A DNA stretch of 64,000 nt from Felis catus (taxonomy: Eukaryota): contig NC_058383.1 in assembly GCF_018350175.1 (NCBI RefSeq), positions 12,898,001 through 12,962,000 on the forward strand, written 5' to 3'. Both the position numbers and the translations under genes were made by a program. Positions 24,950 to 35,775 of the stretch are shown here, in pieces. The notes below the pieces were generated by a model. That model made no database searches. It was not told the origin of the DNA and worked only from the letters and a program-made list of their open reading frames with translations. Numbering within the stretch: the stretch's first letter is position 1; every line of letters starts with the position of its first letter.

Positions 24950-25416
24950 ACCATTGACTGGTGAATGGATAAAGAAGATACGGTGTATATGTACAGTGGA
25001 ATACTATTCAGCCATCAGAAGGAAAGAAATCTTGCCATTTTCCATGAGGTGGATGGAACTAGAGAGTATTATGCTAAGCGAAATAAGCCAGGCAGAGAAA
25101 GATGAATACCATGTGATTTTACTCATATGTGGAATTTAAGAAACAAAACAGGTGAACGTATGGGAAGGGGGGATGACAAGAGAGGGAAACAAACCATAAG
25201 AGACTCTTAATGATAGAGAACAAACTGATGGTGCGTGGAGTCAGGTGGGTCGGTGATGGATGGGCTACATGGGTGATGGGCATTAAGAAGGGCAGTTGTT
25301 GTGCTGAGCACTGGGTGTTGTATGTAAGTGATGGATTACTAAATTCTCCTGAAAACAATATTACACTATATGTTAACTAACTAGAATTTAAAGGAATAAA
25401 GAATTAAAAGGAAAAA
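24950..25416 (+). mobile_element. 5'-truncated carnivore L1 (ORF2 C-terminus and 3'UTR)
   Basis: EWIKKIRCICTVEYYSAIRRKEILPF..WMELESIMLSEISQ..KD.YH...LICGI* is the L1 ORF2 end. TSD AAAT(G/A)CATCTGAAG at 24936-24949 and 25417-25430. Confidence 0.96.
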
Positions 25417-25447
25417 AAATACATCTGAAGGGAATAGAACTTAAATA

Positions 25448-25548
<101 letters not shown>

Positions 25549-26204
25549 AAAGAAAAGAAAAAAGAAAAAAAAAGGGAGAAGAAATGACACAGATGACACA
25601 GAGAGAAACAGATCTGGAATTGCTTTTTACTGGAATATGGTATCACCAAAGTGTCAGAGCCACTTCCTTACAGTCTGAGAAAAACACGACTGTTCCAAGA
25701 GGTGGCCTGTGCAGTTTTTAAAGCAGACATTAGAGGAGCAACTTTTTTGCTGCTGATATTCTACATGTCAAAACACGTTCTGTTTCAGCAGTTGGTGAGA
25801 GCGAGTGTAGAGCAGTGCAAAAGCAAGAAGGAGGATTTGATCCTGTGACATGTGCTCCTGCATGCTAACCTGTGGGTCACAGCCATCTGCATTCCCAATG
25901 GCTGGGTATCAGACAGTTGGATACTTTATCCCGGTTTTTACTGCCTTCATCATTCACACCACTCCTGCGGGGTTCCCGGCCTCTCCCTTCAACCTTGGTC
26001 ATTTGGAGTTGCCAGATTGTAGTCTTGTGTATATATGGAATGTTACATAAGCTGTGTGGTTCTCTGAGACCTTTTTAGGAAATTTGGAAAAACTTATATT
26101 TTGGAATGTTTTCCTCTCTTTGAGAAGTGGGGAGGAAAGGGATGTTTTATAATGATTGATTTGAAGTAGGCCCATTTGTAGAGTATTAACTCAGGCAAAG
26201 GACA

Positions 26205-26690
26205 GAATAGCTTTGTGGTTAACATAAAGTTCCCAGAGTCTCACTGCCTAGGTCCCAGTTCCAGCTTTCCCACTTTTTAAAAATTAAAAAAAATTTTTTT
26301 CTTTTAATGTTTATTTATTTTTGAGACAGAGACAGAGCATGAGCAGGGAAGGGGCAGAGAGAGAGGGAGACACAGGATGTGAAGCAGGCTCCAGGTTCTG
26401 AGCTGTCAGCACAGAGCCCGACACGGGGCTGGAACTCACGGACTGTGAGATCATGACCTGAGCCGAAGTCGGATCCTTAACCGACTGAGCCACCCAGGCA
26501 CCCCCCAGCTTTCCCACTTAATAGTTATGTGACCGTGTGAGAGTTACTTAGTTTCCCCATCTGTAAAATGGGACTAGTAGTAACACCTGCTGTAGGGTGC
26601 TTGGGAGGACTACAAGAGTAAATATATGTAATCCATTTAGATCAAGGACTGGTGAACAATGTGTGCTCCCTAAATATTAGCTCGTGTTAG
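26205..26690 (+). mobile_element. MIR interrupted by a SINE
   Basis: TGTGGTTAAC...CCAGCTTTCCCACTT [SINE] ..TGTGACC...AGTTTCCCCATCTGTAAAATGGG...TAAATATTAGCT. Confidence 0.85.
26276..26504 (-). mobile_element. Can-SINE
   Basis: Full reverse SINE. TSD CCAGCTTTCCCACTT at 26261-26275 and 26505-26519. Confidence 0.96.
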
Positions 26691-27881
26691 TCCTGGCTTT
26701 CTCATGGCCATTGGCGTTTCTAAGGATTTGCAAGAAATCTCAGATGAATCCTGGATGAAGCCAAACCTTTTCTGCTTGCTGTGTCAGAAAGAGACTTATT
26801 GGCAGAGTGCTAGAAATGATTCAGTGGGTAAGTAATGGACTGTTGAGCTCCACACCTCAGTCCACTGGCATTGTATAAGAAGCAAGTCATTACATTCTAA
26901 TGGTAGTTTAGTGAAATGGATGAGTAGTCTCAGTGTACCTCCTCAGGCAGCGACCGAAGTCAAGCCAAGCATCCTGGAATGTCTGGGAACCACCTGGAGA
27001 GAGGATGGAAGTCTGCAGTACAGTTGTAGGGGATGGATGAGTGGGACCCAAGAGGGAACTACAGAAGCAGTGTGACTTGTGTTGATTCCAGCAAGCAGAA
27101 GGACTCTCCAGGGTATTCCTGAGTATACACAAGGGATCCTGTTAAGCTGGAGAGCAGAAATCACTCAACAGGAGTCAGACCACCTGGACAAACCCTTGAT
27201 CTGCCACCACCAACATTGTCACATCCCTGTGGGTGAGTCACGTTTTCCTCTCTGACCCTCAGTTTTTCTGTCTGTACACTGATCAGATGATTTCTCGACT
27301 CCTTTTCTCTCCTGGGCTCCATGATTTCACAATTGCATTGGCTTTCAAGAGCTCTGCGAGGTAGGGAGTGCTGCAAAACAATCTGCTGTTAGACCTTGGC
27401 CTGTGCAAGTCTTTCGTTTTGTTTTTTGTTATTTCAAAGAAGTTCCTGTTCAAAAGACTACGAAGCATTTCATCATTGGTCTTGTGAGGGAGTTGTCTCT
27501 TTAATCTCTCACGTTTCCTTTTTCCCTACAAGTGATATCCACAGGACTGCTGTTGTCTTGTGCTGTCTGGATCAGCACTTTTGCAGAGAAATGAAAACAG
27601 TGCACTTTTAAAGGCACAGAAGGCAAAAACTGTAGCATCAGGATTCAAGGTTACAGAATTGGTTAACTTTCTGGTTTGTTTTGCTGAGCTGAATGAAAAC
27701 GATTTGATTGAATGTTACTGCTTAGGGATAAATATTAATAACCACAAAAATCCCCCGGTGGTAATTTTTTATTCCTCTTTGTGAAGAGTTTCAAATTATG
27801 GTCTAGGACGTGGATTATTATTGTCAACTGAACATGAGTGTGAGGAATGTGGAGTCACTGGGTAAAGGACTTGGTTTGAGG

Positions 27882-27979
27882 GGAGCCTGATTTGGGACTT
27901 CATCCCCTGACCCTGGGATCCTGTCCTGAGCGAAAATCAAAAGTTGGATGCTCAACCAACTGAGCCACCCAGGTGCTCC
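27882..27979 (-). mobile_element. Partial Can-SINE (5' half only)
   Basis: GAGCCTGA...CCTGAGCGAAAATCAAAAGTTGGATGCTCAACCAACTGAGCCACCCAGGTGCTCC. No tail visible. Confidence 0.85.
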
Positions 27980-28850
27980 TAGTCTTTTTAATTCTGGCCA
28001 TGCTAGTGGATATAGAATTGGTATCTCCTTATGGTCTTTAGTGTGTATTTTCCTGATGACTGATAGTGTTGAGCATTATCTTTTTTTGTGTGGTGTTTGT
28101 TCAAGTCTTTGACCATTTTAAAATTGGGTTGTTTGTATTTTTGCTACTGATTTATAGGCTCTCTTGACTATTCTGATACAAGTCCCTTGTCAGATATATG
28201 TAATAAGAATGTTTCTCTCAGTCTGTGGTTTGCCTTTTCAGATTTCCTACTGATGTTTTTAGATGAGCAGAAGTTTTTAATTTTGAGGAAGTCTTATTTA
28301 TCTTACATTTTCCTTATGTGTTTTGTGTTTTTTGTCCCTTCTCTAGGAAATCGGCGTACCTTACAGAAATATTCTCCCTTGTTTCCTTCTAGAAGCTTTA
28401 ACTACATTTTGGTTTATGGTCCATTTCAGATTTTTGTGTGTGTGTAAGATAAGAGTAAAGGTTATTCCCCCTCCCCCTTATGTTTATCCAGTTCTACCAT
28501 TATTTGTTGGAAATAATGTTTATCCAGTTGTTCTAGCATTATTTGTTGGAAAGACTTTCCTGTAGTCTTTGAATATATTTGTTGCATTTGTGGAAAATCA
28601 GTTAGCCTGTTTTAAGTTGATTTCTGCTTCTGTTTATGGACTCTGATTTCTGCTCCATTGACATATCTGTCTATCCTCCCAGTACCACACTGTCTTAGTT
28701 ACTCGAGCTTTATAGTAAGTGTTGAACTGTGGTAGTGTGAATCCTCCCTCTTTGTTCTTTTTTCCCGAGATTGTTTTGACTATTCTAGGTTCTTTGCTTT
28801 TCCATACAAAATGTTAGAATCAAATTGTCAGATTCTTAAAAACAAACACC
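27980..28850 (-). mobile_element. Old L1 ORF2 fragment
   Basis: ATGAGCAGAAGTTTTTAATTTTGAGGAAGTC...CCAGTACCACACTGTCTTAGTTACT...GCTTTATAGTAAGT, typical antisense L1 ORF2. Confidence 0.88.
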
Positions 28851-28982
28851 TGTAGTGCTTTACAAAATCCTGTGATGCCTATGCCATAAACCAGAATCTT
28901 TTGGGGCTTGAATCCAGGCATCTATCTGTTAAAAGTCCTAGGTTATTCCAGGTGCAGCAAAGGTTGAGAACTGATGTGCTAA
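28850..28982. mobile_element. MER5-type hAT element
   Basis: CAGAATCTTTGGGG...CCAGGCATC...TCCTAGGTTATTCCAGGTGCAGCAAAGGTTGAGAACTG. Confidence 0.7.
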
Positions 28983-30229
28983 TGGGGTTTTGGTGTGTGG
29001 TACACCAAAAAAGAAATTCAGTAGTGAATTCCTGGCATGGAACTCACCCCAGTGGAATGTGTGTGCAGGAGTTGAAGCGGGCCCCCAAATGGAAGAGATT
29101 GTCCGTGATTATGGAGAAGGAGGGTGTGGTTCTCGGAGGACTGTGGAGAGGGAAGGAGAAGCTGTGTAGTCTAGAAAAGCCGTCCCCGCATCTCGCGTGG
29201 ACCCCCATAGCTGGAGTGCTGCTTTTGGCTACCATTCCTGATTATTTAGGATATCCTCACCCTAAGCCTGCCACAAATGTAGCCTAAAAAACTAGTACCT
29301 GCACCTTGAAAGCAGAGGAATGTTCCTGGTTGGTAAAGCATATAAATTGCATTATTTTAGAGAATAGCTCTCCCCTGGATTAGGGAAGTGTTTGCGAAAT
29401 CTGCATAACAATGAACAGAGTAGGCACTTTTTTGAAGGTTCTTAGTCTTTTTAAATTTTAATGTCTTTAGGCAAACATTGATTCCTCCATTCTTCCCATG
29501 GGTAGGTAGTTCTGTTAGAAGTGTCGCCTCCTTAAAAGGCTTTAAAGAAAAAAGGGACAAAAAATTGCAATCAAATAATGTTGCTCTTTGGGAACATGTA
29601 AGCTCTGTGGGCTGGTAGGTGCTTGCTTGTGGCTTTTCTTTTTTTTTCCCCAAACACATTTTCCTTCTTGAAGAGAGAGGTTGAACTATGCAGCTGAGTC
29701 CCTCTTTCTGAGCTACAAGCTCCCTAAACAGCTGTAGAGAATTAATTTCAGTCAGAGCTGGCAGAGCTTTGATCTCAACTTTCTGCTCAGTGTTATGGAA
29801 AATCCTCTCTGGAAAATAGCCGGTATCTACCTGCTATGGGATGTTACAAAATTCAGATGAACATTGGATGTTTGAGTGTTTTCCTAGGAGAAACGGCACA
29901 GAAAATCCTTTTGTGAGCTAGATTTTACAGTGCGCACACACAGAAAGCAAGCATCGGTGATAAATTTATATTTTTGTGTGTGTGCCATGTTGATTGTACT
30001 ATTTTCTTGTTCCTCATGGAATTCAAATATAGCATGTCCAACTCCACACCTCACATTTGTGTGTTAGGGGTGAGACATTTTAGCCAGGAAAGAGCCTTGA
30101 TATTAGCAGCTTCTAACTCTTTTAGAAACCTATGCATTCTCCATGAGGTGGAGAAGCAGGTGGGCCCAGGGTGAGAGAACCCTTGCTTGGCTCTTACCAT
30201 TTTCTTCCAATAACTATTATAAAGAAATA

Positions 30230-30920
30230 AGAGCATTCACAGATTCCTCTATAAGAAATCCCCTTTATTCTTTCTTTTTTCTCATTTTTATACCCTTATT
30301 CTGGGATTTATCTGTAATGCACTCATCACTTTGATGGTGGTGTAATCGTAACAAATAATTTTATATTTTGCTTAATGTTACAAAAAGCCATTTCTGTGTA
30401 GCTATATTATCTTCATAGTTAATAACTTAATGACTGCATAATATCATCAAATTGTGCCATGATTTATGTTTTTCTAATGATGGAAGTTTTCAATTTTGTG
30501 CCATTCTACCACAAAGAACTTATTTGTGCATAGGATTCCCTCTTCCCCCTTAATTTCTTTGACACATTTTCGGCTGTAGAATACTAACAGGGTGCCTTTT
30601 TGTTTTAAGGGTTTTATCCGTGTACAGTTTACACTGTATACTATCATCAGTGATATAAGGGTCCTTGTCTTGAAAATTATCATTATTTACATTTTTAGCG
30701 ATAAAAAGCTACAAGATATCTTTCAGAACTGTGTCACTAGAAAGGCGGCTGTACTTACCCTTTATTTTTGGGCACTAGCTTGAACCTCATTTATGTTTGT
30801 GTTTTACCGGTTTATGGATTGGAATTTTTTCCCTTAACTTGCATGAAGTTTTTCTGTTACCTAGATTGTAACCCTTGACAATGTTTGTCATGAATACTTT
30901 TTGCAGTTTATTTTAGTTTT
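30230..30920 (-). mobile_element. Very old L1 (L1ME-like) fragment
   Basis: Degenerate antisense L1 3' text such as TTTAATGACTGCATAATATCATC, GTTTCAATTTTGTGCCATT and CCCTTGACAATGTTTGTCATGAATACTTTT. Confidence 0.55.
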
Positions 30921-31621
30921 TCATTATAAAGGAGTTTATGAAGTTGAATTTTTTTTTCTTTTTTTACTTCTTCTGTTGCCTGAAGGTGAACAAACTTGTC
31001 ATCCCTTTGAGAGATAGGACCCCAATTCTGTTTACCCCTCAACATTTCCTGTGGTTTAATTAAAAGACGTTTCTGAGATCCTTCTTAGTTTCTGTTGATT
31101 CATGTGTCCTCTTCTTACCTGCAGTGCTATGAGGAAAGGTGGGTTAAGTCAGGAGCTGGCTTTTTTCACAAGTCTTGTGGGGAGAGGAATAGAAACAGCC
31201 AGAATTCCGATCTTAGCTTCCTGTAATGTCTACAAGTCTGTGTTTACCCATCTTTAAAGCTGGGATGAGAATAACAAATGTACAGAGAATTTTTTTAATG
31301 CACTTAAGCCTTCTCTTAAGCACTGTTAAGAACCTCAGTTAGAAGTGTTTAAAATACCAAATAGCTGTAACCTTTGATTGGTATGTATGCATCATCATTT
31401 CTAGGGTTTTTCTCAGTAGTTGGAGACCACATGGGATCATTGCTGTTTTCTGAAACAAACCACAACCCTCTGACCTGTGGATGTTGGGGATCTGGGTATG
31501 GGGGGAAAAACCCTGTAAATTGAGGTTATCTGTCAGACATATGCAGTATGTGAATCAGATCTGAGTACTTGGTGAGGATTTTGGGGACTAGGTAACAATG
31601 ACTTCAGGAAATAGAAATACT

Positions 31622-31852
31622 GGAGGCAGTGTGGATAGTGGTTAAAACACATGAGCTTTGACAGAACAACTTGTTTAACCCAACGTTGCCACTTATTTAT
31701 GTGACCTTGGCTAAGTCATGTAACCTCTCCAAAGTTAATTTCCTCAGTTATAAAATGGGCGTCATATTGATGAGTTGTTTAATAAGAAAATGTATGTGAA
31801 GTGCTCAACATGGTATCCGACCCATACCAAGTAAATTGTAGCTGGTGTTATT
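31622..31852 (+). mobile_element. MIR
   Basis: GGCAGTGTGGATAGTGGTTAA...GTGACCTTGGCTAAGTCATGTAACCTCTC...TTTCCTCAGTTATAAAATGGG...GTGAAGTGCTCAAC. Confidence 0.88.
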
Positions 31853-32845
31853 ATCTGTATGAACAGTTACCATTTGTGTAACATTTATGACCTATGGAGA
31901 GCCCTTTAACATGCTGTTTCTCATTGAACAGCCTGGTTTTTCAGATGTTCCACTGGCTTTTTATTCATAGCCTCAAGAGGTTGTTCCCTTTAGTTACCCG
32001 TACAGCTTATGTACACTCAGTTGGTATTTGTCATGTACTTTCATGCCAGTGTCTTCTTATCTAAATCAATTTCTAAAGCTCTGTGTTAGTACAGAGATTG
32101 TATCTTATTCAAGTGGGTTGTTCTTGTACCAGAGCTGGGCCACAGAGTCTGGACCCATTGCTGTTGGAGTGGTCACTTATTATTTAAGTGACCATCTCTA
32201 GCTTGTCAGGGCCACCCTTTCCTCATGTGTGAAATGGATGACAAGTTTCTTGTGAGGACTACTTTCATCAGTGCAAGGGAAAGTACTACGTATAGCATAT
32301 TACAAATTTTTCCCCACACCTCACTGTGCCTGGTGTAGTAGTCCCTGCTTAGAAGGTGTATGTTCACTGGAGCTAGGAGGCTCCCAACTGGGAAGGCTGT
32401 GCATCCAAGCCTTACCATGAGTATCAAGATACATTCATTTGAAAAGTGCAGATTGTTCTCTGGAGGCTAGTTGTCCTGCAGGGTGCTACGACCGACTAAT
32501 TAATACTGTGGTAGTTGCCTTTGAATGTTTGCTTCTTGCAGTCATAAAGGTGGGGCATAGTTACACACGGGGACTCAAAGCAGGTTCAATGCTTTAATCC
32601 TACCTCGAGGAAGCAAGCTTAATCTATAATAATTACATATGGATTTTGGGTGTGTGGTCTCCGTGGTCAGCCTGGAAGCCTGCACAGGAGGCCCAACAGT
32701 CCATGAACATTGGGGTATCGGCTTGGCAGAAGACTGTAGCAGAATCAACCTTGTTTCCCCGTGGAATTTTTTTTTTCCGGCAGACCACAGGTATATTTCT
32801 GTGTGTCCTTGGTTTACATTTTTTTCTTTCCAATTTGATTTTCAG

Positions 32846-32887
32846 ACATGACAGTGCCAAAATGTTGGCTGTGGTCAGTTTCAACAG
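32846..32887 (+). other. Candidate 42-nt internal exon of the host gene
   Basis: Acceptor TTTTTTTCTTTCCAATTTGATTTTCAG| and donor CAG|GTAAGA. Length is a multiple of 3 and two frames are open. Lies in non-repeat sequence. Confidence 0.55.
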
Positions 32888-33887
32888 GTAAGACCCAAAT
32901 ACTAGGTATTCATTTCTCTCTTGAGTAAAAAATAAAGTCGTTCTATGGAGAAAAAAAAAAGAAAGAAGCCGAAGTATTTAATAAGAATAATAAAGAAACT
33001 CTGCTTTGTTCGTTTTGGAAAATGGCACCTTTGTTAATCCCCTCAGAGGCAATATTACGTTCTGACAGTATCTTTGAATAGTCAAAGAAAGCATGATGTC
33101 TCAGTTTAAATTTATTTTTGCTGGCACAGTTTTTATTCTGTAAGACTTGTGCTTTTAGGAAGAAGATGTTGTTTCTTACGGAGAAGGAAAGAGCCTAGTG
33201 GACAGAGAAGGTTGAAGGGTGTTATCTCCTTGAATGTAGAGTGGTGTGTAATTTTTACTTAAGGATGTCTCTGTTCTAGAAGAACAGCCAGTTAAGCAGC
33301 GTGGTTTTTGCTAATTATTAAGTGCATGCGTTTTCATCTGGTCCATTCCATCAAGTCTTGTTTCTGCCTTTGGGACATGGGGAATTGGCTTGGGCTTAGG
33401 TGAGGTACACAGATGACATGTGTCATTTCTCTCCTGAGAGGGTGGAGATGACAGGCTTCTTGTACATAATCACTGTTGGGGACTGGGGCACAGAAGTCTT
33501 TGGTGTGCCCCTCCGTGTAGTTGGTGGGTGGCTAATTTGATGAAAGAGCCGAGAAGGAACTAGTTTTTTAAAGCTATAATATAGTCCCCGTGTGATTAAC
33601 CCTTTAGTGGCCTTTTAAATACAGAAGAAGCTTGCTTTAGGATGCTAGTATCCAAGAGTCTGATTTTACGAGGTCTAGAAACATGATGACCAGTTGTTTG
33701 TATTTTGGTCACATTCCATGAGTGTCCCCTCAATCTTCGTGGTGGAGAGAGGTTTGAACATGACCCTGAAGAAAACCTTGCTCTGAGAAGAGAGTAGTCA
33801 AGGCTATAACTTCGACACAATTTAAAAAAAGTATTTGGGTGGCAAAGGAGAGCACCCCATTGGGGTATTTTTTAAAAATGAGATGTT

Positions 33888-34080
33888 GGGGTGCTAGGGT
33901 GGCTCAGTCGGTTGGGCGTCTGACTCTTGATCTTGACTCAGGTCATGATCTCACAGTTCATGGATTCTGGCCCTGTGTCGGGCTCTGTGCTGATAGTGCA
34001 GAGCCTGCTTCAGATTCTCAATCTCTGCCTTTCCCCTGCTTGCTCGCTCGCTCTCTCAAAATAAATAAATAAACTTAAAA
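33888..34080 (+). mobile_element. Can-SINE
   Basis: GGGGTGCTAGGGTGGCTCAGTCGGTTGGGCG head and AATAAATAAA tail. TSD AAAATGAG(A/T)TGTT. Confidence 0.94.
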
Positions 34081-35654
34081 AAAATGAGTTGTTAACTTGT
34101 TAGAGGTTTTGTTGTTTTTGTTTTGTTTATGATATCTGTGACTCTGCTGTGTGGTGTAGATAGTACAGTGTTAAGGATATGCCTCACAGATAAACTGCTG
34201 TGAGCATCCCCAGTGTGGGTGTGTTGTCCTTTTCTTGCCCAATTCAGCAAGGTGTTCCTAGACTTGGGTACCAGGGAGTCTCTCAACATCCAACATTGTT
34301 AAAACACACTTCCTGCCGTTTGTTTATCTTCTTTGGGGTTCCCTTAGTAGCAAATCCCAAACCACTCACCTTTTCCAGTAGTATTAATGTTCTAATAGGG
34401 GCTATACATTATATTAAAGTCAGGGTAGTTCTCCACGGGAAGGCTGGTTTTTAAATGAGACATATTCAGCCTCTTTTTAGCTGGTGTTTCATTACCACCA
34501 AGGATTTATAATGCAATAGCTCTGAGGCAGAGCTGGTAAGAATGCCAGCTTCGCTAATATTTAGAGTCATAAAATTCTGGATATTGGACAAGCTCTTAAT
34601 TACTCTGAATCCGTCTTTGTCTTAATAAAAGTTGGATTGTACCCACTAAAACAAGATGGCTATGTTTGCATTAATCTCCAAATGTAGGTTAATACCTTTT
34701 TAAAAGCTGTCTCTTAGACAAGAGACTTAAAAATTAATTTCCCATTTTCAGCTTAAGATGAAGAGCTCTTCCACGTGTGGAGTTTGAAGGGTGCCATTTT
34801 TCTGATGTTGTAGATTCAGCTGCCAGTAAGAACTCTCTGTTCCTATTTAGGTTTTTTTCTTTTCTTTTTAATTCTTAGGTAAAGAAAAAAGTCTTTCTCT
34901 TCTGGTGCTTGGGGTACTTGTATTTTTTTTTTTTTTTTTTAATTTGCTTCAAAGGAAATAAAGGTCTGTTTTGTCAGTGGAGTTTGAATCACTGGAGATG
35001 AGAGGCATCATGAAGGGCTAGATAGTGGGAATCTTATGATAAAGCATGGCTCCAGAAGTTTGGATTTTGTACATATCATTGCTATCAAGCTTGTTATTTT
35101 AACATTTTTCATCCTGTAATCTCTAAGCACTTTCTTAACGGGGAGTTTCCCAGTTATGGTAGGTTCTTACCTCTTTAAGTACAAGATAGAAACTTCTTTC
35201 ACTTTTTTTTTTTTTTTTTCCTTTCCATCTCTAGAGTATCTAGTGCTATGTAACCACTTAGCCACCACTAATTCCGGGATTCATTTCTGGGCTGCAGATG
35301 GTCAGTGAGATTATAAGGGCTCTGAAAAGATTTTTATATAAATTGAGGTCTTCTCAGTTTAAAGTCTCTGACACACTAATTTCTCTTTGCTGGTTTCAAT
35401 GCAGGAGTATCCAATGTGCTATATTAAATCAGATTCTACTCTGATTATCAGTGGGGTTTGGGTCACAGGGAATCAGGGTCAGTTTAAAGAGGAGAAGTGG
35501 AAACCAACATAATCAGTTGAAAGGGAGCAAGTCGTGAGAATCTTCCTCTTACTTTATTAAAGCTACAGATGTTTAAAGCCTTGTTTTCTTGTAGTATTTT
35601 AGTCTATTGGTTTTATAGACATTTTATGATTAAGTATTTATGTAATAAGAACAA

Positions 35655-35775
35655 CACATGGCGTTTTTAACAATACAGATTTCCAGGCATCTCTCCCCAG
35701 AAATTCTTATTCAGCAGTCTGTGATATAGGTCTCAGAAATCTGATTTTTATGATCAAGCACATTTGATACTCAGA
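35655..35775. mobile_element. MER5-like fragment
   Basis: TTTTTAACAATACAGATTTCCAGGC..CCCCAGAAATTCTTATTCAGCAGTCTG...AGAAATCTG. Confidence 0.55.

Noticed and set aside
24954..25139. ORF resembling a real protein
   Set aside because: It is the C-terminus of L1 ORF2 in a 5'-truncated copy, not a host gene.
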